Positions 35,720 through 45,805 are shown, counted from the first letter of the stretch. The stretch is 64,000 bases of DNA from Minisyncoccota bacterium (GCA_036169735.1 JAVHNX010000036.1:13681-77680); one strand, 5' to 3'. Notes: generated from the sequence alone by a model not told the origin. Numbers and translations are program-made.

Positions 35720-36148
35720 ATGGCAAAGACAAAAACAACAACAGAAGAAGTAAAGACAGAAGGAGAAGTAAAAGCTACTCCTTCTAAAACAGCAAAGAAG
35801 AAAATAACTTCTGGAATTTTATATGTTGATGCTACTTTCAACAATACTAAAGTTATTTTCGCTGATAAATTAGGCAACGTATTGTTTTGGTCAAGTTCAG
35901 GTTCACTAGGTTTCCGTGGAGCAAAAAAGGGTACTCCTTTCGCAGCTTCTAAGGTTGGAGACATTGTTGGAGACAAAGCAGCTACTCTTGGAGTTAAAGA
36001 TGCAGATGTAGTTGTCCGAGGAGTTGGTTCTGGACGTGAACCTGCTATCAGGGCATTCATGGCTCACAATATTGAAATAGTTACAATCAAGGATGCCACA
36101 CCAGTACCACACAATGGTCCAAAAGCTAAGAAGCCTAGAAGAGTTTAA
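35720..36148 (+). CDS. rpsK: Ribosomal protein S11
   Basis: GILYVDATFNNTKVIFADKLGNVLFWSSSGSLGFRGAKKGTPFAA. Confidence 0.9.
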   Translation: MAKTKTTTEEVKTEGEVKATPSKTAKKKITSGILYVDATFNNTKVIFADKLGNVLFWSSSGSLGFRGAKKGTPFAASKVGDIVGDKAATLGVKDADVVVRGVGSGREPAIRAFMAHNIEIVTIKDATPVPHNGPKAKKPRRV

Positions 36149-36169
36149 TTAATAAATTACTAAACAAAA

Positions 36170-36772
36170 ATGATTACTAAACCAAAATTTAAAATTTGCC
36201 GAAGATTAGGACCAGGAGTTTATGACAAATGTCAGACTTCTAAATTTAAGCCTTCCGCAAAGTTTGCTGGACCTGGCGCACGTCGCCCAAAGGCTCCTTC
36301 TGAATACGGAGCTCAGCTTATTGAAAAGCAGAAAATTCGTTTTTCTTATGGAATTACTGAACGCCAGCTTTCAAACTATGTTAAAAAAGCTACTCATATC
36401 AAGGGTGCTGGTACAGCAGAGAAATTTTATGAAGGACTTGAAACTCGTCTTGATAACGTAATCTATAGAATGGGTCTTGGAAGTTCAAGACGTGCAACCA
36501 GACAAATGGTGTCACATGGACATTTTATTGTCAATGATCACAAAGTTACTATTCCTTCATACGAAATGAAGCCAGGAGATATCGTAAAGATTCGTGAAGG
36601 TTCAAAAGGAAAGAAAATTTTTGAAGGTATGTCTGATAAACTAAAAGATTATAAATCTCCAGCATGGGTATCATTTGATGCAAAAACAATGGAAGGTAAA
36701 GTTTCAGCTAAACCAAAGAATACAGAAAGTTTCCTTGACCTTAATGCCGTTCTTGAATTCTACAGTCGTTAA
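36170..36772 (+). CDS. rpsD: Ribosomal protein S4
   Basis: N-terminal KICRRLG..., S4 RNA-binding domain RLDNVIYRMGLGSSRRATRQMVSHGHFIVN. Confidence 0.9.
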   Translation: MITKPKFKICRRLGPGVYDKCQTSKFKPSAKFAGPGARRPKAPSEYGAQLIEKQKIRFSYGITERQLSNYVKKATHIKGAGTAEKFYEGLETRLDNVIYRMGLGSSRRATRQMVSHGHFIVNDHKVTIPSYEMKPGDIVKIREGSKGKKIFEGMSDKLKDYKSPAWVSFDAKTMEGKVSAKPKNTESFLDLNAVLEFYSR

Positions 36773-36787
36773 TTTATTACGTTTTTT

Positions 36788-36803
36788 CCCGCCAAAGGGC
36801 GGG
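36788..36803 (+). other. GC-rich stem-loop between rpsD and rpoA
   Basis: cccgcc-aaag-ggcggg with no downstream T-run; possible processing or attenuation hairpin rather than a canonical terminator. Confidence 0.3.
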
Positions 36804-36847
36804 CAAGTATTATTAAAAAATTTAAAAATAACTTTTTATAAAAAAAC

Positions 36848-37828
36848 ATGCCTGAATATAAAATAATCATGCCATCTAAGCCTCGCGTTGTTGTTGAAGA
36901 AGGAAACAAAGGAGTATTTGAAATAGACGGTTTATATCCTGGGTACGGACATACCCTTGGTAACAGTCTACGAAGAATTATTCTTTCTTCTCTACCAGGC
37001 GCAAGTATAACATCAATCAAAATTGATGGTGTTTCTCATGAATTCTCAACACTTGAGGGAGTTAAAGAAGATGTGATTGTTATGATCTTAAATTTGAAAA
37101 AGACTCGTTTTAAAATGACTTCTGATGAACCTCAGACAGTTACTCTTTCCGTTAAAGGACCAAAAGAAGTTACTGCAGCAGATATTAAAACAAGTGGACA
37201 AGTTGAAGTTTTAAACCCAGATCTTCATATTGCTGAAGTTACTGGTAAGGTTAATTTAAATATTGAAATGAGAATCGAGAAAGGCTTAGGTTTTATCTCG
37301 AAAGAAGTTTTACAAAAAGAAAAAGTTGATGTCGGCACAATCGCTGTTGATGCTATCTTTACTCCTATTCGTCGTGTTGCTTACGAAGTTGAGAATATGC
37401 GCGTTGGAGACAGAACAAACCACAACCGCCTAAGAATATCTATCGAGACAGACGGTACTTTGACTGCGCGTGAAGTTCTTTCTCAATCTATAGAAATCAT
37501 GATCAATCAGCTTAAAGCTATTATCGATTTCAAAGAACCTGAAGAAGAAATAAAAATTGAAAAGAAAGCTCCTAAAGAAGAAGAAAAAGAATTAGAAGAA
37601 GATGATAAAAAGGGAGATGATTTTACTGATGTTTTAAAGACACGCACAGATACTCTTGATCTTTCTACTCGAACCTTAAATGCTCTTACAGCCGCAAATA
37701 TTCGTACTCTTGGAGGTCTTGCTCGCAAGAAAAGAGAAGATTTGCTTGAAGTAGAGGGTATTGGTGAAAAGGGGATAACAGAGATTAAAAAAGTGCTCGG
37801 AAAATTCGGGCTTAATTTGAAAGAATAA
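36848..37828 (+). CDS. rpoA: DNA-directed RNA polymerase alpha subunit
   Basis: N-terminal dimerization domain GYGHTLGNSLRRILLSS, acidic linker, C-terminal domain with helix-hairpin-helix (LSTRTLNALTAANIRTLGGL). Confidence 0.9.
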   Translation: MPEYKIIMPSKPRVVVEEGNKGVFEIDGLYPGYGHTLGNSLRRIILSSLPGASITSIKIDGVSHEFSTLEGVKEDVIVMILNLKKTRFKMTSDEPQTVTLSVKGPKEVTAADIKTSGQVEVLNPDLHIAEVTGKVNLNIEMRIEKGLGFISKEVLQKEKVDVGTIAVDAIFTPIRRVAYEVENMRVGDRTNHNRLRISIETDGTLTAREVLSQSIEIMINQLKAIIDFKEPEEEIKIEKKAPKEEEKELEEDDKKGDDFTDVLKTRTDTLDLSTRTLNALTAANIRTLGGLARKKREDLLEVEGIGEKGITEIKKVLGKFGLNLKE

Positions 37829-37839
37829 TTTAAAAATTT

Positions 37840-38193
37840 ATGAGACACGGTAATTCAAAAAGAAAATTTGGAAGAGAAAAGAATCAGAGAAACGCTTTGA
37901 TTAATTCATTGGCGCTCAATTTGATAGTGCGTGAAAAAATTAAGACAACTGAACCTAAAGCAAAAGAACTACGACCTTTTATCGAGAAGCTTGTTACAAA
38001 AGCAAAAGCAGGAGACCTTGCAACACGTCGATTGGTTATTTCTAAACTTTCAAACAGAAGTAAAGAGGTAAAGAAATTGTTCGATGTCATTGCACCGAAG
38101 TATTCTGATAGAAAAGGTGGATACGTTCGAGTATTAAAATTAGGCGCTAGAAAGTCTGATGGTGCCAAGATGGCACAAATAGAATTCGTATAA
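37840..38193 (+). CDS. rplQ: Ribosomal protein L17
   Basis: MRHGNSKRKFGREKNQRNALI...GGYVRVLKLGARKSDGAKMAQIEFV. Confidence 0.9.
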   Translation: MRHGNSKRKFGREKNQRNALINSLALNLIVREKIKTTEPKAKELRPFIEKLVTKAKAGDLATRRLVISKLSNRSKEVKKLFDVIAPKYSDRKGGYVRVLKLGARKSDGAKMAQIEFV

Positions 38194-38223
38194 TATTTGT
38201 ATTTTTTTTAAAAATGATTTAGT

Positions 38224-38577
38224 ATGGAAAAACACATGAAAACAATTGACGCATCAGGAAGAACACTAGGCAGAGTTGCATCAGAAGCAGCTATGTCTTT
38301 AATGGGCAAGACCAAGGCTACCTTTGAGAGGAATGTTTATTCTGGTTTTCCTGTAAATATTACGAATGCCTCAAAGCTTCGTATTACTACAAAAAAATTG
38401 GCTGAAATTTATCACACCAAGTATTCCGGTTATCCAGGCGGTCTACGTATCACAAAAGGTACTGAGACAGCTGAGAAAAAAGGACTGAAAGAATTAATCA
38501 GACTTGCGACCTACCAAATGCTTCCTGGAAATAAACTAAGAAGAGAGATGATGAAACACTTAACTATCGAAGATTAA
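38224..38577 (+). CDS. rplM: Ribosomal protein L13
   Basis: KTIDASGRTLGRVASEAAMSLMGK...; true start possibly the Met at 38236. Confidence 0.85.
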   Translation: MEKHMKTIDASGRTLGRVASEAAMSLMGKTKATFERNVYSGFPVNITNASKLRITTKKLAEIYHTKYSGYPGGLRITKGTETAEKKGLKELIRLATYQMLPGNKLRREMMKHLTIED

Positions 38578-38582
38578 ATAAA

Positions 38583-38993
38583 ATGGCAAAAACATTAACA
38601 AAAGATATATATATTGAAGGAGTAGGAAGAAGAAAAACTTCTACAGCCAGAGTTCGTATTTTTGAAGCTACAAAAGCTAGTTTTATTGTGAACAACAAAG
38701 ACTCCAAGGAATACTTCCAAACTGAAGATCAAAGACGTCTCATTCAAGATCCTATGGTCAAAGTTACTCCTGGAATGAAGTATGCTGTTGAAGCGAGAGT
38801 TAACGGTGGAGGAATTCATTCTCAAGCTGAAGCTGTCCGTCACGGTTTATCTCGCGCCCTTGTTGATTCTGACTTAGAACTTCGTGGAAAGCTAAAAGCA
38901 CTAGGATACCTAATGCGCGATCCAAGAGCGAAAGAAAGAAGAAAATTCGGTCTCAAAAAGGCGAGAAAGGCCCCACAGTGGTCAAAACGTTAA
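38583..38993 (+). CDS. rpsI: Ribosomal protein S9
   Basis: GRRKTSTARVRI...RDPRAKERRKFGLKKARKAPQWSKR C-terminus. Confidence 0.9.
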   Translation: MAKTLTKDIYIEGVGRRKTSTARVRIFEATKASFIVNNKDSKEYFQTEDQRRLIQDPMVKVTPGMKYAVEARVNGGGIHSQAEAVRHGLSRALVDSDLELRGKLKALGYLMRDPRAKERRKFGLKKARKAPQWSKR

Positions 38994-39000
38994 TCTCAAA

Positions 39001-39027
39001 AAATCCCTCTCACGAGGGATTTTTTAT
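39001..39027 (+). terminator. Rho-independent terminator after rpsI
   Basis: aaatccctc-tcacg-agggattt followed by a T-run. Confidence 0.6.
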
Positions 39028-39055
39028 TGTAAATTTTTTATGTTAATATAAAAAC

Positions 39056-39649
39056 ATGAGTGAAGAAAATGAAGAAATAAAAAATATTGAAGAAGTAGAA
39101 TCATCTGAACCTGAATCAGAGGTAGTTGAATTTGAATTCAATGATGACGGTGAAGAAGATTTAAAGAAAACTTTAAAGAAATTTAGAGCTGACATAAAAG
39201 AACTTAAAGCTCAAAAAGAAGAATACTTGACTGGCTGGCAAAAAGAGCGAGCAGACTTCGTGAATTACCGAAAAGAAGAAGAAGAAAGAAATAGGAATTT
39301 TAGAAATATTATCCAAGAAAGAATCTTGGAAAATTTCCTTTCTGTGATGGATAGTTTTGATATGGCTTTTTCCAATAAAGAGGCTTGGGAGAAAGTAGAT
39401 GCAAACTGGAGAACTGGTGTGGAATATATCTATTCTCAGATGAGTAATATCTTTGAAGAATACGGTATCACTTCTATTGGCCAAGTAGGGGAGAAATTCA
39501 ACCCAGAAATTCATCAGTCTGTGGAAGTTGTGGAAACTACTGACCAATCTAAAGATGATACTATCGCTCAAGTTTTACAAAAGGGTTACAAGACAAAAGA
39601 TAAAGTTCTTCGTGCTGCTCGAGTTAAAGTATTTGGACATAAAGAATAG
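39056..39649 (+). CDS. grpE: Nucleotide exchange factor GrpE
   Basis: Acidic N-terminus, long coiled-coil helix (YLTGWQKERADFVNYRKEEE), C-terminal beta domain (...KGYKTKDKVLRAARVKV). Confidence 0.85.
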   Translation: MSEENEEIKNIEEVESSEPESEVVEFEFNDDGEEDLKKTLKKFRADIKELKAQKEEYLTGWQKERADFVNYRKEEEERNRNFRNIIQERILENFLSVMDSFDMAFSNKEAWEKVDANWRTGVEYIYSQMSNIFEEYGITSIGQVGEKFNPEIHQSVEVVETTDQSKDDTIAQVLQKGYKTKDKVLRAARVKVFGHKE

Positions 39650-39652
39650 AAA

Positions 39653-39686
39653 TAAAAAATCTCACATAACTGTGAGATTTTTTATT
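39653..39686. terminator. Bidirectional terminator between grpE (+) and the PaaX-like gene (-)
   Basis: aaaaatctcaca-taac-tgtgagatttttt: hairpin flanked by an A-run and a T-run. Confidence 0.6.
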
Positions 39687-40257
39687 TCTTGAAAGTATCA
39701 AATAAAAACTTTTTAGTTTCTTCGTCGATGAATTGAGTTTTGATTATCATCATCTCAGTAGTGAGCTCTAAATCTTTTTTAATATTTTCAAAAAGATGTT
39801 CATAAGGATAAGGGGAGATCCAAGCAGAATTTTTTAGACATACGAACCCAGCTTTTTTTAATAAATAGCGGAGAGACCCGCGTTCACTTTTTCGGGTCTC
39901 TGGTAAATCTAATAAAATAATTCTCCAATATCCATCCCAGGAAGTATCGACGAGAGTAGTATCACTATCGAGCTTTAAGCTATTTATTTTCTTTTTTCCT
40001 TCTTTTGTTAATCGAGCGTAATCATTCTGACCAGAGGAAATATTCTCTATTAGACCAGCTTCACGAAGGCCTTTTAAAGAGCGTGTGATGGCGTAGGACA
40101 CTTTTAAATCTGCTTTACTTATATTGTTATATAAAGGCTCCATGTCAAGGTTAAGCCTTGACATTTGTTGGCTTAATTCAGGTAGGGAAATAGCTGTTTT
40201 TTCACCTAAAATTTTGAGTATTTTCTTGGAATAGTCGGGTTTAGTTGACATATTCAT
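39682..40257 (-). CDS. PaaX-like transcriptional regulator (N-terminal wHTH, C-terminal PaaX_C-like domain)
   Basis: C-terminal WDGYWRIILLDLPETRKSERGSLRYLLKKAGFVCLKNSAWISPYP fits the PaaX C-terminal pattern (W.G.W.......PE..R..R..LR..L...GF..L..S.W..P). Contains the family-1 hairpin insert encoding MSRLNLDM. Confidence 0.4.
   Translation of the reverse strand: MNMSTKPDYSKKILKILGEKTAISLPELSQQMSRLNLDMEPLYNNISKADLKVSYAITRSLKGLREAGLIENISSGQNDYARLTKEGKKKINSLKLDSDTTLVDTSWDGYWRIILLDLPETRKSERGSLRYLLKKAGFVCLKNSAWISPYPYEHLFENIKKDLELTTEMMIIKTQFIDEETKKFLFDTFKK
40142..40164. repeat. ATG..CAT hairpin element (family 1) inside the PaaX-like CDS
   Basis: atgtcaagg-ttaag-ccttgacat; same element as 8123-8145 and 57884-57906. 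Confidence 0.7.
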
Positions 40258-40308
40258 ATATTATACTATATATTGGCTTTTGACAAGCATTTCGTGGTCA
40301 CGAAAAGC

Positions 40309-40336
40309 TTGCTAAAAATAATGGGGTGTGTATAAT
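40309..40336 (+). promoter_or_regulatory. Putative sigma70-type promoter of dnaK
   Basis: TTGCTA-16 nt-TATAAT, about 180 nt upstream of the dnaK ATG. The leader contains hairpin ctggcg-gagctt-cgccag at 40379-40396. Confidence 0.4.
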
Positions 40337-40519
40337 TGTCTATGTTCATTAAAATTAATCTTTTTATAAAGCAATCTGTCTGGCGGAGCTTCGCCAGCGA
40401 ACTGCTCGTCGCTCAAGAAAATAATAAATGGAATACCATTTTTATTTTCTAAGCTCCTGTGCAAGACTTTCTAAAAAAATTAATTTTAATTTACCTTATA
40501 AACTTAATAAAATAAAATT

Positions 40520-42436
40520 ATGGCAAAAATAATAGGAATAGACTTAGGTACAACAAACTCAGCGGTCGCTATCATCGAAGGTGGTGCGCCAAAAATAATA
40601 GAAAATATTGAAGGTGCTCGTACGACTCCTTCGGTAGTTTCTGTTGCAAAAAATGGAGACAGACTTGTCGGTCTTTTAGCAAAAAGACAAGCGGTCACAA
40701 ATCCTGAAAATACCATCTATGGTATCAAGCGTTTTATGGGTCACAATTTTGAAGATCCAGAAGTACAGAAAGATTTAAAGAATGCTTCTTTTAAAATTCA
40801 GAAAGGTGCAAATGGTGGAGTAGAAGTTAAAATTGGAGATAAGTGGATGCGTCCAGAAGAAATTTCTGCGATGATTCTTTCTAAAATTAAAACAGACGTG
40901 GAAGCAAAGATCGGTGAGAAGATCACTGAAGCGATTATTACTGTACCTGCATATTTTAATGACACACAAAGACAAGCAACTATTGATGCGGGTAAAATTG
41001 CTGGCCTGACTGTAAAAAGAATTATCAATGAACCGACAGCTGCAGCATTGGCTTATGGTTTGAACTCAAAGAAAAATGAAAAGATTGTAGTCTACGATTT
41101 CGGAGGCGGAACAACTGATATCTCTGTTCTTGAAGTTGGTGATGATGTTATCGAAGTTAAATCTACTGATGGTGACAGTCACCTTGGTGGACGTGATATC
41201 GATCACAAAATTATAAATTGGATTGCTGACGAATTTAAAAAGACTTCCGGTGTAGATGTAAGAACTGATGCATTGGCATTGCAGCGTCTTGATGAAGCTG
41301 CAGAAAAAGCAAAAATCGAACTCTCAACAGCTATCGAAACTGAAATAAATATTCCTTTCATTACTTCCACCGCAGCTGGCCCTCAGCACTTGTTGTTGAA
41401 AATGACTCGTGCTCAATTGGAGTCTATCGCTGACGAATATATCACTCGTTCAATAGATATTGCAAAGCGTGCAGTTGCAGCTTCTGGTTTTAAAATCGAA
41501 GAAATAAACGAAATCATAATGGTCGGAGGACAAACCAGAATGCCAAAAATTGTCGAAGAAATAAAGAAACTATTTGGTAAAACTCCAAACCTTACAATCA
41601 ATCCTGATGAAGTTGTTGCTCTTGGTGCTGCTGTTCAAGCAGGAGTATTGCAAGGTGATGTGCGTGATGTCCTTCTTCTTGATGTTATTCCTCTTTCCTT
41701 GGGTATTGAAACACTTGGAGGAGTTGCGACAAAACTTGTAGAAAGAAACACAACTATCCCTTCTTCAAAGTCACAAACATTTTCAACTGCAGCTGACAAT
41801 CAGACTTCTGTCGAAATACACATCGTGCAAGGTGAACGTCCAATGGCTTCCGATAACAAATCTCTAGGAAGATTTATCTTAGACGGTGTTCCTCCAGCTC
41901 CTCGTGGTATGCCACAAGTTGAAGTAACTTTCGATGTTGATGCCAATGGTATTTTGAATGTTACTGCGAAAGAAAAAACTAGTGGTAAAACTCAGACTAT
42001 CAGAATCGAAGCTAGTTCTGGGTTGAAACCTGAAGATATCAAAAAAATGCAAGAAGATGCAGAGCTTCATGCTGATGAAGATAAAAAGAAAAAAGAAGTC
42101 GCTGATGCAAAGAACACAGCTGACATGACTATCTTTACTGCAGAGAAAGCATTAAAAGATAATGAAGGAAAAATTTCAGAAGAAACAAAGAAAGGTGTTG
42201 AAGAAAAAATAACAGCATTGCGTGGAGTAAAAGAAGGTTCAGACATAGAGGCAATAAAGAAATCTATAGATGAACTTTCCAGTGAAATGTCTAAAATTGG
42301 TGAAGAAATGGTAAAAGCATCTTCCAAAGTAGATGATGCTGGTGCACCACCAGTAGAGCCAAAAGAAGAAGCTTCTACTCATGAAGCTGGTTCTAAGGAA
42401 GGTGAAACTCCATCCGCTGACGAAGCTGCAAAATAA
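40520..42436 (+). CDS. dnaK: Chaperone DnaK (Hsp70)
   Basis: [18 protein letters not shown] equivalent ([13 protein letters not shown]), substrate-binding domain and acidic C-terminal lid; 638 aa. Confidence 0.95.
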   Translation: MAKIIGIDLGTTNSAVAIIEGGAPKIIENIEGARTTPSVVSVAKNGDRLVGLLAKRQAVTNPENTIYGIKRFMGHNFEDPEVQKDLKNASFKIQKGANGGVEVKIGDKWMRPEEISAMILSKIKTDVEAKIGEKITEAIITVPAYFNDTQRQATIDAGKIAGLTVKRIINEPTAAALAYGLNSKKNEKIVVYDFGGGTTDISVLEVGDDVIEVKSTDGDSHLGGRDIDHKIINWIADEFKKTSGVDVRTDALALQRLDEAAEKAKIELSTAIETEINIPFITSTAAGPQHLLLKMTRAQLESIADEYITRSIDIAKRAVAASGFKIEEINEIIMVGGQTRMPKIVEEIKKLFGKTPNLTINPDEVVALGAAVQAGVLQGDVRDVLLLDVIPLSLGIETLGGVATKLVERNTTIPSSKSQTFSTAADNQTSVEIHIVQGERPMASDNKSLGRFILDGVPPAPRGMPQVEVTFDVDANGILNVTAKEKTSGKTQTIRIEASSGLKPEDIKKMQEDAELHADEDKKKKEVADAKNTADMTIFTAEKALKDNEGKISEETKKGVEEKITALRGVKEGSDIEAIKKSIDELSSEMSKIGEEMVKASSKVDDAGAPPVEPKEEASTHEAGSKEGETPSADEAAK

Positions 42437-42546
42437 TATAAATATTGCGAAGGACAGTCTTCCGTAGAAAGTAAAAATCCTCTCCGACTTTGGTTGTAGG
42501 GAATTTTTACTTTCACCTATTTTTAATTTTTGCTATAATTCATTTT

Positions 42547-44661
42547 ATGGAGAATCCTAAAATACCAATCAATAAAGATATGACATATATAGGTCAGACG
42601 ACCTTTAGAGATAAGAATCAGATCTTTGGTATGAAGCGCAGAGATAGACGTCAGCACGTATATGTTCTTGGAAAATCTGGTACTGGTAAATCTGTGCTAC
42701 TTTCCAATATGATTGTTCAGAACATTCAAAACGGAGATGGTGTTTGCGTTGTTGATCCTCACGGAGAATTAGTTGAAAGTGTTTTACAATCTATTCCAAC
42801 TGACCGTATCAAAGATGTTATTTATTTCAACCCAGCTGATACGGATTACCATATAGGCTTTAATGTTATTGAAATTCTAGATCCAAAATATAAACATTTG
42901 GTGGCTTCAGGCTTGATGGGAATTTTCACTAAGATCTGGGCAAATGCTTGGTCTGCTCGTATGGAATATATTTTAAATAATACAATCTTGGCATTGTTGG
43001 ATACTCCAGGTTCGACTCTTCTTGGTATTCCAAGAATGTTAGTGGACAAAGAATATCGCAAAAAAATAATTGAAAATTTAAAGGATCCAGTCATTAAAGC
43101 TTTTTGGATACATGAGTACGAAGCTTGGAATGAAAAATTTAGAAATGAAGCTATTGCTCCGATTCAGAACAAAGTTGGACAATTTCTTTCTTCTTCTATC
43201 ATTAGAAATGTTGTAGGTCAATCAATGAGTACCATTAATGTTTTTGATATCATGAATGAAGGTAAAATTTTCTTGGTGAACGTTTCCAAGGGACGTATTG
43301 GTGAAGATAATTCCGCATTGCTTGGAGGTATGATTATTACCAAGATCCAGCTCGCTGCAATGGAGCGTGTGCGTATTCCTGAAGATGAAAGAAAAGACTT
43401 TTATTTATATGTCGACGAGTTCCAGAACTTCGTGACTGATTCTTTTGCCAGTATTTTGTCTGAAGCTCGAAAATACCGATTGAATCTAACTGTTGCTCAC
43501 CAGTACACAGCTCAGCTCGTGATTGATGGGTCTTCGGCAGTGCGTGACGCTGTCTTCGGCAACGTCGGTACGATGATTGTATTTCGAGTGGGTGCTGATG
43601 ATGCACTCTTTTTGGAAAAAGAATTTGAACCAGAATTCACTCCACAGGATATCGTGAACTTGCCGAACTATCGTATTTATTTACGTTTGATGATTGATGG
43701 TATTGGTTCACGTCCATTTTCTGCAAAGACTTTGCCTCCAATAGCAAAAAATCCAGATACTCAAGTTGAAGATAAAGTTATCAGTATGTCTCGCGCACTT
43801 TACTGTAAAAAGAAAGAAGTAGTTGAACAAGAAATAAATGATTGGAGTGGTATGTCTATCGGGAATATTGTCAGTACCAGTCCTATTAGTAATGTTGAAA
43901 AATTCCCAGCTGTTTGTTCTAATTGTAAAAAGGAAACTTCAGTACCATTTAAGCCTGAACCAGGACGACCGATTTATTGTAAGGATTGTATTGCAAAAAT
44001 AAAATCTGGAGAAATAAAGCCACTTCCACAACCAGCTCCTGTTAAAGAACCAATAAATGAAGTTAAAGTAGAACCAGTAAAGTCTGGAATTCTTTCAACA
44101 CTTACAAAAGTTTTAAAACCCATTATTCCGATTATTCCTATTCGTGCTCCATCAGAAATTAAGCGAAATGATTCTGTAGAATCAAAAGCTTTTACTAAAG
44201 CTCCGACTGTTCCTGTTGTTTCAGTGCCTCCAGTTCAAAAAGAAGCCCCAAGGCCATTTATTACTCGTCCTATACCAGCCCCAGTAAAACCTACAGAAAA
44301 TACAGCTTTGAGAGATATTTTAAATAAGACTTTGTCTGAGAGTAAAGTTCTTGAGAAACTTATTGTAGTACCAGAGGTAAAAGAAATTAAAATTCCCGTA
44401 CCACCTCCTGCAATGTCATTGAGTGATTTAAAAAGAACAAATCCTATATCAACAAATTCTCTAAATAATAATGATAGATCTGCAAGTGCTGAAGATATGA
44501 ATAAACTTAAAAACTTTATTTTTGAAAAAGTACCCACAGTATCACAAGAAAAAAAAGTTGAGCCGGTGAGCGAGGAAGTAAAAAAAGAAATTCCAGTCCC
44601 AACACCTCCAAAAAATATAAAAGAAGTGCCTGAAGATGTGTTAAAGAAGATTTTAGAATAG
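42547..44661 (+). CDS. FtsK/HerA-superfamily P-loop ATPase related to T4SS coupling proteins (TraG/VirD4/TraD-like), with C-terminal zinc ribbon and Pro-rich tail
   Basis: Walker A VLGKSGTGKS, VVDPHGE, Walker B LYVDEFQNF, ARKYRLNLTVAHQYTAQL (T4CP/HerA arginine-finger region). CSNCKK...YCKDC zinc ribbon, then PxP-rich low-complexity tail. No N-terminal TM. Start set at the second Met (MENPK) after the -10 TATAAT at 42533. Confidence 0.5.
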   Translation: MENPKIPINKDMTYIGQTTFRDKNQIFGMKRRDRRQHVYVLGKSGTGKSVLLSNMIVQNIQNGDGVCVVDPHGELVESVLQSIPTDRIKDVIYFNPADTDYHIGFNVIEILDPKYKHLVASGLMGIFTKIWANAWSARMEYILNNTILALLDTPGSTLLGIPRMLVDKEYRKKIIENLKDPVIKAFWIHEYEAWNEKFRNEAIAPIQNKVGQFLSSSIIRNVVGQSMSTINVFDIMNEGKIFLVNVSKGRIGEDNSALLGGMIITKIQLAAMERVRIPEDERKDFYLYVDEFQNFVTDSFASILSEARKYRLNLTVAHQYTAQLVIDGSSAVRDAVFGNVGTMIVFRVGADDALFLEKEFEPEFTPQDIVNLPNYRIYLRLMIDGIGSRPFSAKTLPPIAKNPDTQVEDKVISMSRALYCKKKEVVEQEINDWSGMSIGNIVSTSPISNVEKFPAVCSNCKKETSVPFKPEPGRPIYCKDCIAKIKSGEIKPLPQPAPVKEPINEVKVEPVKSGILSTLTKVLKPIIPIIPIRAPSEIKRNDSVESKAFTKAPTVPVVSVPPVQKEAPRPFITRPIPAPVKPTENTALRDILNKTLSESKVLEKLIVVPEVKEIKIPVPPPAMSLSDLKRTNPISTNSLNNNDRSASAEDMNKLKNFIFEKVPTVSQEKKVEPVSEEVKKEIPVPTPPKNIKEVPEDVLKKILE

Positions 44662-44761
44662 TTATACATATACATGGGAGTTTCCTATGTAGTTGCAATC
44701 TTCACTAGAAATAAAAAATTATTATCTATTTTAAAACATAAAAATGTTATAATATTTCGGT

Positions 44762-45748
44762 ATGGTATTAAAAAAGACACTAAAAAAGAAAGATGTTGTT
44801 ATTTACCAAGCCAAAAATGGAGCTATTGAACTTCGTGGTGATTTTTCTCGTGAAACTGTGTGGGCTACTCAGGCGCAGATTGCTGATGTTTTTCAGACTG
44901 AAAGATCTGTTGTGACTAAGCATATAAGAAATATTCTTAATGATAAAGAACTTAATGCTAATTCAGTATGTGCAAAATTTGCACATACTGCAGATGATGG
45001 AAAGGTTTATCAAGTACAATTTTATAATCTTGATGTTATTTTAGCTGTTGGATATAGAACAAGTTCAAAGAAGGCTATTGAATTTCGTCAGTGGGCAACA
45101 AAAACGTTACGAAGCTATATCGTAGATGGTTTTGCAATAAATAAAAACCGAATTGCTAAAAATTATGAACATTTTTTAAATGTTGTTGATGATATTAAAA
45201 AACTTTTGCCAGCTGAATCTACGGTTAATCCAAAAGATGCTATAGAACTCATATCACTTTTTGCTGATACTTGGCTTTCTTTGGATGCTTATGATCGAGA
45301 AATTTTATCAAAAGGAAAGCTTACAAAAAAGAAAGTTAACATTACTTCCGAAAAAATTTCACGAGATTTATTCGAGCTTAGAAAAATTCTTATTGAAAAA
45401 GGTGAAGCGACAGATATTTTTGGTCACGAAAGAAATGTTGGTTTTGTGTCGGGAATAGTTGATAATGTAATGCAGTCATTCGGAGGCAATGAACTTTATC
45501 CAACAGTTGAAGAAAAGGCTGCACATCTTTTGTATTTTATGGTAAAGAACCATCCATTTACTGATGGTAATAAACGTTCAGGAGCTTTTGCTTTTGTTTG
45601 GTTATTGAAACAGGCAAATATTCTTGATATTCAAAAATTAAGCCCTTCAGCCCTGACAGCATTAACTGTGCTTGTGGCAGAAAGTGACCCAAATCATAAA
45701 GATAAGATTATTAAACTCATTTTGAATCTTATTTCAAAGAATAATTAA
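44762..45748 (+). CDS. RhuM-family N-terminal domain fused to Fic/Doc domain
   Basis: N-terminus VVIYQAKNGAIELRGDFSRETVWATQAQIADVFQTERSVVTKHIRNI matches the RhuM family. C-terminus has the Fic motif HPFTDGNKRSG. Confidence 0.7.
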   Translation: MVLKKTLKKKDVVIYQAKNGAIELRGDFSRETVWATQAQIADVFQTERSVVTKHIRNILNDKELNANSVCAKFAHTADDGKVYQVQFYNLDVILAVGYRTSSKKAIEFRQWATKTLRSYIVDGFAINKNRIAKNYEHFLNVVDDIKKLLPAESTVNPKDAIELISLFADTWLSLDAYDREILSKGKLTKKKVNITSEKISRDLFELRKILIEKGEATDIFGHERNVGFVSGIVDNVMQSFGGNELYPTVEEKAAHLLYFMVKNHPFTDGNKRSGAFAFVWLLKQANILDIQKLSPSALTALTVLVAESDPNHKDKIIKLILNLISKNN

Positions 45749-45805
45749 ATATATTTGTTAATGATTATATAAATAATATAATATATGTTATATTGCATAA
45801 ACTAA

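Noticed and set aside
36675-37020. Small ORFs overlapping the rpsD 3' end and rpoA 5' end.
   Set aside because: They are out of frame with the ribosomal genes and not conserved-looking. The hairpin there is reported as a possible attenuator instead.
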